Source of the DNA: an uncultured Planctomycetales bacterium
GTDB taxonomy: Bacteria > Omnitrophota > Gorgyraeia > Gygaellales > Profunditerraquicolaceae
Length of the DNA: 64,000 bases
Direction: 5' to 3'
Assembly: GCA_964427405.1 (NCBI GenBank)
Contig: CAYRUB010000008.1
Location: 31,428-95,427, forward strand
The notes under the pieces were generated by a model, which was not told the origin of the DNA, ran no database searches, and was given only the letters and a program-made list of their open reading frames with translations. Positions 58,264 to 64,000 of this stretch are shown here, one piece after another (within the stretch, counting starts at the first letter, position 1; the number at the start of each line of letters is the position of its first letter). Made by a program: the position numbers and the translations under genes.

Positions 58264-58989
58264 TTAATCTTTCCGGGTCTTTATATCTTTTGCCAGGATA
58301 ATCGCCTCTGCCACTTCGCGCATAGATTTACGCATATTCATACTCTGCTTCTGAATTAAGCGATATGCCTCAGAAGGCGCAATATTTGCATCCTGAGAAA
58401 GAATGTCTTTTGCCCGCTCAACCAGTTTACGCGTTGTTAATGCTTCTTCGGCAGAACGCGCGCGCAGATCCAACTCCGCGTTTTCAATGGCAATCGCTGC
58501 CTGATTAGCAAGAGCCGCCAAAAGATCTAATTCGCTTTTGGAAAATTTATGCTTTTTAGAGGTATAACAGTTAAGTACCCCGATAACCCTTCCCTTTACT
58601 GCCAGCGGCACACAAGCCAAAGAAAACAACCCTTCTTTTTTAGCCACATCCTGGTTTAGATACCTCGCATCTTCCTTGACATCCAAAACACAAATTGGCT
58701 TGTTATCTTTAGCAACTACACCGGCTATACCTTCACCAAAAAGGATATTCGGTTTTTTATTGTAAGCCTCGGATATTGATTGAGTAGCTTTGACCACCAG
58801 CTCTTTCTTATCAGGGTCAAGCAGCATCAAAGAAGAAATCTTGGAATTCATCACCTCAGCGGTAACCTGAACCAACAGGCGCAGCAACTCCTCTAAGTAC
58901 ATCCCGGAGGTAATCAGATTAGCAACTTTAGAAATTGCCTCAATCTGTTTTACATAAATTTGGAAATTATCTTTTTTCTTAGCAGCCAC
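58264..58989 (-). CDS. GAF + ANTAR domain RNA-binding antitermination regulator
   Basis: 241 aa. N-terminal GAF-like fold. C-terminal ANTAR helix pattern (RKLVERAKDILSQDANIAPSEAYRLIQKQSMNMRKSMREVAEAIILA). Confidence 0.6.
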   Translation of the reverse strand: MAAKKKDNFQIYVKQIEAISKVANLITSGMYLEELLRLLVQVTAEVMNSKISSLMLLDPDKKELVVKATQSISEAYNKKPNILFGEGIAGVVAKDNKPICVLDVKEDARYLNQDVAKKEGLFSLACVPLAVKGRVIGVLNCYTSKKHKFSKSELDLLAALANQAAIAIENAELDLRARSAEEALTTRKLVERAKDILSQDANIAPSEAYRLIQKQSMNMRKSMREVAEAIILAKDIKTRKD

Positions 58990-60140
58990 TATCTTCTCTT
59001 TTCCAAAAACCTTTTAATCCTACTTAAGGCTTCTTTTAAGTTGTCCAAACTAGAAGCGTAAGAAATCCTGATATACCCCTCACAGCAAGAGCCAAAAGCT
59101 GTACCCGGCACAACCGCCACTTTTTCCTCATCCAATAATTTGCGCGAAAAATCCATAGAAGACAAACCTGTATTTTTTATCGAAGGGAAAATATAAAAAG
59201 CTCCCTGCGGACGCGAACACTTTAACCCCAAAGAATTTAACTCCGTAGTCATAAGCTGGCGCCTACGGTTGTATTCACGCTTCATCTGCTCAACTGAACG
59301 CTTGCCGCTGACTAATGCTTCCGCAGCAGCCATCTGGCTGGTAATTGGCACGCACATAATCGTATACTGGTGGATTTTAGTCATGGCCGCGATAATTTCT
59401 TTCGGACCACAGACATAACCCACGCGCCAGCCGGTCATAGCAAAAGATTTAGAAAAACCGTTGAAATAAACCGTATTTTTCTTGGCACCCGGCAATGAGG
59501 GAAAAGAGGTGTGCCCAAAATCATAAGTCAGGTCGCCGTAAACTTCATCGCTAATACAAAGTATTTTATGTTTTAATAAAACCTTATTTATTTCCTCAAG
59601 TTCCTTGCGACGGTAAGAAACACCTGTGGGATTAGTCGGATAGTTAAGCACAATCGCTTTGACTTTCTTATCTATATGCTTTTTTATAAGTTCAGGCGTA
59701 ACTTTAAAACCGTCTTTTGAAGTATCGATATAAACCGGCACTCCTCCTGCCAACTCGGTAACCGGACCATATGAAACATAACTCGGCACTGGAACCAATA
59801 CCTTATCCCCGGGATTAATAAGCGCCCTTAATACTAAATCAATTCCCTCGCTTACCCCCACGGTAATTAATATCTCTTCATCGGGACAATAATCCAAACC
59901 AAATTTATTTTTTAGATAACGATGCAGTCCTAAGCGCAATTTATAAAGCCCTTTATTAGAAGTATAACTGGTAAATCCCTGCTCCAGGGAATAAATCCCC
60001 GCCTCACGGATCTGCCAAGGGGTAACAAAATCCGGCTCACCTACCCCTAAAGATATAACATCCTTCATCCCCAGCACTAAATCAAAGAATGCCCGGATTC
60101 CGGATGGCTGCATTTTTTCTACTACTCTTGATATTTCCAT
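58989..60140 (-). CDS. Class I/II PLP-dependent aminotransferase (aspartate aminotransferase-like)
   Basis: 383 aa. SKSFAMTGWRVGY PLP-Lys motif. Confidence 0.75.
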   Translation of the reverse strand: MEISRVVEKMQPSGIRAFFDLVLGMKDVISLGVGEPDFVTPWQIREAGIYSLEQGFTSYTSNKGLYKLRLGLHRYLKNKFGLDYCPDEEILITVGVSEGIDLVLRALINPGDKVLVPVPSYVSYGPVTELAGGVPVYIDTSKDGFKVTPELIKKHIDKKVKAIVLNYPTNPTGVSYRRKELEEINKVLLKHKILCISDEVYGDLTYDFGHTSFPSLPGAKKNTVYFNGFSKSFAMTGWRVGYVCGPKEIIAAMTKIHQYTIMCVPITSQMAAAEALVSGKRSVEQMKREYNRRRQLMTTELNSLGLKCSRPQGAFYIFPSIKNTGLSSMDFSRKLLDEEKVAVVPGTAFGSCCEGYIRISYASSLDNLKEALSRIKRFLEKRR

Positions 60141-60146
60141 TTTAAT

Positions 60147-60635
60147 TTAATATGATATTGCGATCCTTTTATTCTCGTCTGACTTGTGTTTTAAAATCAC
60201 CCCATCCTCTTTGTACTTCTTCAACAGGAAATGCGTCGCGGTACCGCGCACATGCTCCATACAGGAAAGCTTCTCGGCTACAAAGTTAGAAACCGTATGC
60301 AGGTTCCTGCCTTCCACAACAACCAATAAATCGTATGTCCCGCTGATTAAATAACAGCTGGTTACCTCAGGGAATGAATAAATGCGCTCGGCAATTTTAT
60401 CAAAACCTAAGTCTTTCTGGGGAACGATGTTTACCTCAATTAAAGCCCTGACCTCAGACTCATTATCCTTAATCAAATCCTTGTTGATTACTGCTTTATA
60501 TTTTAAGATCGCACCTTCTTTTTCATATTTCCTGATTAATTTTTTTACCTCATCCGGCTTCTTGCGGATCATTTTTGCGATATCTTCTACGCTTGCCCGG
60601 CCGTCTTTCTCTAAAATTTCCAATATCTCATCCAT
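60147..60635 (-). CDS. Lrp/AsnC-family transcriptional regulator
   Basis: 162 aa. N-terminal HTH (ILEILEKDGRASVEDIAKMI) plus RAM domain. Confidence 0.8.
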   Translation of the reverse strand: MDEILEILEKDGRASVEDIAKMIRKKPDEVKKLIRKYEKEGAILKYKAVINKDLIKDNESEVRALIEVNIVPQKDLGFDKIAERIYSFPEVTSCYLISGTYDLLVVVEGRNLHTVSNFVAEKLSCMEHVRGTATHFLLKKYKEDGVILKHKSDENKRIAISY

Positions 60636-60645
60636 TTTTCCCCCC

Positions 60646-61365
60646 TTATTGAATGCGGCAAATTTCGGCGCCTTTTCTTTTATGCTCCGAACTCTTATAC
60701 ATTTTCTTTATTTTAATAACCTTGGCACTGGCAGATGCCTGCTTTTTTTTATTGCAAAATTTATCTAAAATATCATCCAGCTCATTATAAGTTATACCCA
60801 TCTCACCTTCATCAGTCTGACCCTGCCAAAGCCCGGCAGTGGGAGGTTTGATAATAATGCCCTGCGGTATTTTTAATTCCTGCGCCAGTTTACGCACCTG
60901 GCGTTTGAATAAATCCGCAATCGGCAGGATATCTACTCCGCCATCCCCATATTTGGTAAAGTAACCCACCAAGAGCTCGGATTTATTCCCTGTGCCGCAG
61001 ACCAGGTAATTCAGCTTATTGGCAAAATAATAAAGCGTACTCATACGCAGGCGGGGTTTCAGATTCCCTAAAGCTAAACCTCCGGCAGGCGGCAAAACTT
61101 TTAAGAAATTATTATACAAGCTGGAAAGATCTACAAGTTCTGACCTAAGTTTAAGCTTTGCAGCAACCAGTTTGGCATCCTTTAAATCCTGAGGGTTACT
61201 ATTACATGGCATAAAAAGCACGATCAGCTTATCTTTGCCTACTGCCTCTTTGCATAAAGCAGCGACCACGGCAGAATCTATCCCTCCGGAGAGCCCCAAA
61301 ACAATACCCTTGGCCCCGGAAAGCTTAACCTGCCCCTTAATCCAGGAAACAATCTTATTTTTCAT
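60646..61365 (-). CDS. nadE: NH3-dependent NAD+ synthetase
   Basis: 239 aa. GLSGGIDSAV PP-loop (SGGxDS). Confidence 0.8.
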   Translation of the reverse strand: MKNKIVSWIKGQVKLSGAKGIVLGLSGGIDSAVVAALCKEAVGKDKLIVLFMPCNSNPQDLKDAKLVAAKLKLRSELVDLSSLYNNFLKVLPPAGGLALGNLKPRLRMSTLYYFANKLNYLVCGTGNKSELLVGYFTKYGDGGVDILPIADLFKRQVRKLAQELKIPQGIIIKPPTAGLWQGQTDEGEMGITYNELDDILDKFCNKKKQASASAKVIKIKKMYKSSEHKRKGAEICRIQ

Positions 61366-61418
61366 CTCTTTAAACTCTTAAAAAACACTTTTTGCCTAAT
61401 ACGGGGAATAATGAAGAG

Positions 61419-61463
61419 ATTATATACCACTAAATAGCGAGGGTCAAGGATATTAAATATCCT
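61419..61463 (-). promoter_or_regulatory. Sigma70-like promoter TTGACC-N17-TATAAT for nadE-lrp-aat-ANTAR-glnN, with a perfect 17-bp palindrome AGGATATTAAATATCCT abutting the -35
   Basis: Minus strand: TTGACC at 61447..61442, TATAAT at 61424..61419. Palindrome 61447-61463, perfect 8-bp arms. Confidence 0.45.
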
Positions 61464-61467
61464 TAAA

Positions 61468-62124
61468 TCAGAATGAAAGCTTTAATTTGGTTCCTAAAAC
61501 ATTAATCCCGGTCCACTGACCGGAATTTTTTGTATCCTGCAGCATATAATAAATCTCTGCCTTCAAATTCCTGGTGATACTCATACCCAGGCCGGCATAA
61601 AGCCTGTTTTGGTTTATCCTCTGGCCGTCATCAAAAAGGATAAATATTTCATCCGATAAATAGGGCTGTATTTCAAACCTGGTGAACTTCCAGGGTAGTT
61701 TTACGGTAATTTTATTACGATACCTCCAGGTATCATCTTTATAATCAAAATGATTATATTCCAGCCGGGATCGGTCATTAAATTGAAACCCCTTAATATC
61801 CCACGACAATATCGCAGCGATATAGGGTTCATTCTCTACCTGGAATTTACCCTCGGACTTATAAAGCACATGGCGGTATCCTGCCCCAACATCAAGATAT
61901 TTCTGCAGCCTATAGAAAAATCCCAAATCATAGTGCTGATAATAAAACTCCTTGGCGCTTCCTCCCCAGCGAAATTCTTCCTCAAGGACCACCCTGGTTT
62001 CTTTATTAACCCTGAATTCCTCTATCTCCGTGTTCCAAAACTGAAAATCGTCATCCTCGTAAGCATAAAGTTCAGCTGCCGATAACAAAATCAATACGGC
62101 AACAGCTATGCTTAACTTTTGCAT
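61468..62124 (-). CDS. Putative outer-membrane beta-barrel protein
   Basis: 218 aa. Signal peptide MQKLSIAVAVLILLSAAELYA; alternating aromatic/polar strands; C-terminal …LKLSF ending in Phe. Confidence 0.5.
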   Translation of the reverse strand: MQKLSIAVAVLILLSAAELYAYEDDDFQFWNTEIEEFRVNKETRVVLEEEFRWGGSAKEFYYQHYDLGFFYRLQKYLDVGAGYRHVLYKSEGKFQVENEPYIAAILSWDIKGFQFNDRSRLEYNHFDYKDDTWRYRNKITVKLPWKFTRFEIQPYLSDEIFILFDDGQRINQNRLYAGLGMSITRNLKAEIYYMLQDTKNSGQWTGINVLGTKLKLSF

Positions 62125-62127
62125 TCC

Positions 62128-62796
62128 TTATTTAGACTTAATTGCCAAAACCTTGATAAAATCAGCGCAATCTTCTATTTTATCAGTTACGCCTTCCAGG
62201 TATTCCGCCAACTGATAAGTCAACAACAGGCTTACCGGCTCAAGCTTAGCGTGGATAATAGCCTCAATCATCGCCTTTTTCTGGTCATCTGCCTGATGCT
62301 CCAATTTGTCGATCTCAGCGCTAAGGATCATGGCATTCTTAAGTTCATTTTTAGACAATGCCGCTATCGCCTCTTTTAGCTTAGAAATAGAGCTAACAAT
62401 CAAATCTGTTCCCAAAGAAATGTTCTTTAATACGCTCTCGGGAATCTTGCCTTCAATAAAACCCAGAAGCCTGGCCGCACCATTAGTCCAATCCGCTATC
62501 TTATCCAGCGTCTTTACAAAATGCATCATATCTTCCCTGTCAGGAGGAAGAAGCATGCCCTCGGAAAGCTGATCAATCATTTTAGAGCGCAAGACATCAG
62601 CCTGATGCTCGCTCTGCCTGACGCTCTCAATAGCTTGCGTCTTAGCGTCAAGGTCACCATTAATAAAGGATTTTACCGCTTCGGCAAAGAAAGTAACCGT
62701 TTTATAAGTCTCCTCCACGTGCTTCTTGGCATCCTGCAATATTGATTGCTCTTCAGCCATACCCAACCAACCTAAAATATTACGTATCTCTCTCAT
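62128..62796 (-). CDS. DUF47 (PhoU-like, TIGR00153) phosphate-transport-associated protein
   Basis: 222 aa, all-helical, two PhoU-like repeats, adjacent to a PiT transporter. Confidence 0.7.
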   Translation of the reverse strand: MREIRNILGWLGMAEEQSILQDAKKHVEETYKTVTFFAEAVKSFINGDLDAKTQAIESVRQSEHQADVLRSKMIDQLSEGMLLPPDREDMMHFVKTLDKIADWTNGAARLLGFIEGKIPESVLKNISLGTDLIVSSISKLKEAIAALSKNELKNAMILSAEIDKLEHQADDQKKAMIEAIIHAKLEPVSLLLTYQLAEYLEGVTDKIEDCADFIKVLAIKSK

Positions 62797-62902
62797 TCTT
62801 ACCCCCTTTGCCTACAAAGGCATACCCGCGTAATTTTCGCCACGTGGCGAACACTGGCCAATTCCTACAAAGGCCAGGTGGCTAGTTAACGTGGGATCTT
62901 GG

Positions 62903-63880
62903 TTAAAATTTTACAAATATTCTGATTATCTGCAATACTATGTAACTTATCAATCCGGAAATAAAAGGAGTGGCCATCCAACAAAGAACCATATCCTTCA
63001 TTATCCGGAAATTAAGTACCCTGATCCCCCTGACTAACCCCACTCCGCAAATTGCGCCTACTATAGAATGGCTGGTAGAAACCGGAATACCAAAAACAGT
63101 ATAGAGATGCACATTAACCGCACTAGCTAGCTGTGCGGAAAGTGCCATGATCGGAAGCAGACGGGTAATTTCAGAACCAACAGTCTCAATAACCTTATAC
63201 CCCCAGGTCATTATTCCTATAACTATAGCGAAACCTCCAAAAATAACGCTCATCTTTGGAGTAAGCACGCCAACGCCAGAGATAACCCCGACTGAATTAG
63301 CCACGTCATTTGCCCCCCAGGTATATGCCACATAACAACCGCTGGCGATAACCAGGAAAAATACAATTGGTTTTATGAATTTACGGGGGAGAAAACGATA
63401 AAATAAATTTTGCAGAACCCTAAAGAATATGTAGCCTAAAACTGCCGCCCCTATCGGAGTAAAAATCCAGCAGATAAATATATCCAGCAGCATTTTCCAT
63501 TTAACCTGAGCGCCGACTGCCAGGCCCGCACCGGCAACTGCTCCCACAATAGAATGGCTTGTAGAAATAGGCATCTTCCAATAAGTAGCCAAGACCACCC
63601 ATGCGCAAGCAGCAAACGAAGCTACCAAAGCCACGTACATAGCAATCTGCTTATCCAATTGATCCAAAGGAACAATCCCCTTACCAATGGTTTTGGTTAC
63701 ATATTCACCCTGTAGATATGCTCCTAAGAAACCAAAGATTACAATCAGAATAATTGCCTGCCGTAAAGCTAAAACCTTTGAACCTACTGCCGTGCCTAAA
63801 GAATTGGCTGCGTCATTAGCGCCAATTGACCAACCAACTCCTAAACCCATAAGCAAAACTAAAACAACAAGCAATAACAT
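62903..63880 (-). CDS. pitA: Inorganic phosphate transporter, PiT family
   Basis: 325 aa, duplicated GANDAANS / GANDVANS PiT signature. AAGGAG RBS. Confidence 0.85.
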   Translation of the reverse strand: MLLLVVLVLLMGLGVGWSIGANDAANSLGTAVGSKVLALRQAIILIVIFGFLGAYLQGEYVTKTIGKGIVPLDQLDKQIAMYVALVASFAACAWVVLATYWKMPISTSHSIVGAVAGAGLAVGAQVKWKMLLDIFICWIFTPIGAAVLGYIFFRVLQNLFYRFLPRKFIKPIVFFLVIASGCYVAYTWGANDVANSVGVISGVGVLTPKMSVIFGGFAIVIGIMTWGYKVIETVGSEITRLLPIMALSAQLASAVNVHLYTVFGIPVSTSHSIVGAICGVGLVRGIRVLNFRIMKDMVLCWMATPFISGLISYIVLQIIRIFVKF

Positions 63881-64000
63881 CTTCTAATTACTCCTTTTTA
63901 TTGCCCTTACACACATTCACACAAATACCACAAACATAAGAATCCACCTGGCGCTGCTTCTGAAACTCTCTTAATTTTTCAAAACACTTGGCATGTTCAA

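Noticed and set aside
61447-61463. Palindrome AGGATATTAAATATCCT as the OMP gene terminator
   Set aside because: AT-rich stem with no U-tract. Its overlap with a -35 box fits an operator better.

Overview
This is a low-GC (about 40%) bacterial chromosome segment. Almost all genes are on the minus strand in tightly packed, often start/stop-overlapping operons; only a Gfo/Idh/MocA-lpxB pair is on the plus strand. In order along the window: a nitrogen-type PTS module (ptsI, truncated at the window edge; ptsH; a membrane-anchored yvcK-like gene; ptsN). Then tRNA-Gly/Leu/Lys, rpsB-tsf-pyrH-frr, an MsbA-like ABC exporter, a gnnA-like dehydrogenase with lpxB, an M48 protease, rpmA, a beta-CASP RNase, DUF1846, and carA with a split carB N-half. 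Then an HD-GYP phosphodiesterase translationally coupled to a 642-aa unknown protein sharing its N-terminal domain, gdhA, NfnAB, and the complete [FeFe]-hydrogenase maturase set hydG-hydE-hydF with a TM1266-like small regulator. Then two tandem multimeric [FeFe]-hydrogenase operons: an HndABCD-like operon, and a Rex-NuoE-[NuoF::GltD fusion]-HydA2 operon. Then an ArsB/NhaD permease preceded by five tiny hydrophobic peptide genes, a trehalose operon (sensor-fused otsA, otsB, tandem-repeat protein, treT), the complete F1Fo atpIBEFHAGDC operon, tolQ/exbD, GS-III glnN with a GAF-ANTAR regulator, an aminotransferase, Lrp, nadE, an OMP, and DUF47-PitA. No CRISPR array, transposase or integrase is visible. 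Several families of conserved structured intergenic repeats are present: a MITE-like R1 element in three copies, stop-codon-anchored hairpins upstream of gdhA and atpE, TAGGGACAG hairpins, AGCGGGT...ACCCGCT elements, and a double-hairpin motif. Gene content (hydrogenases, Nfn, Rex, lpxB, MsbA, TolQ/ExbD, OMP) indicates a strictly anaerobic, H2-metabolising diderm bacterium. All calls are from reading the sequence and ORF translations; no database search was run.
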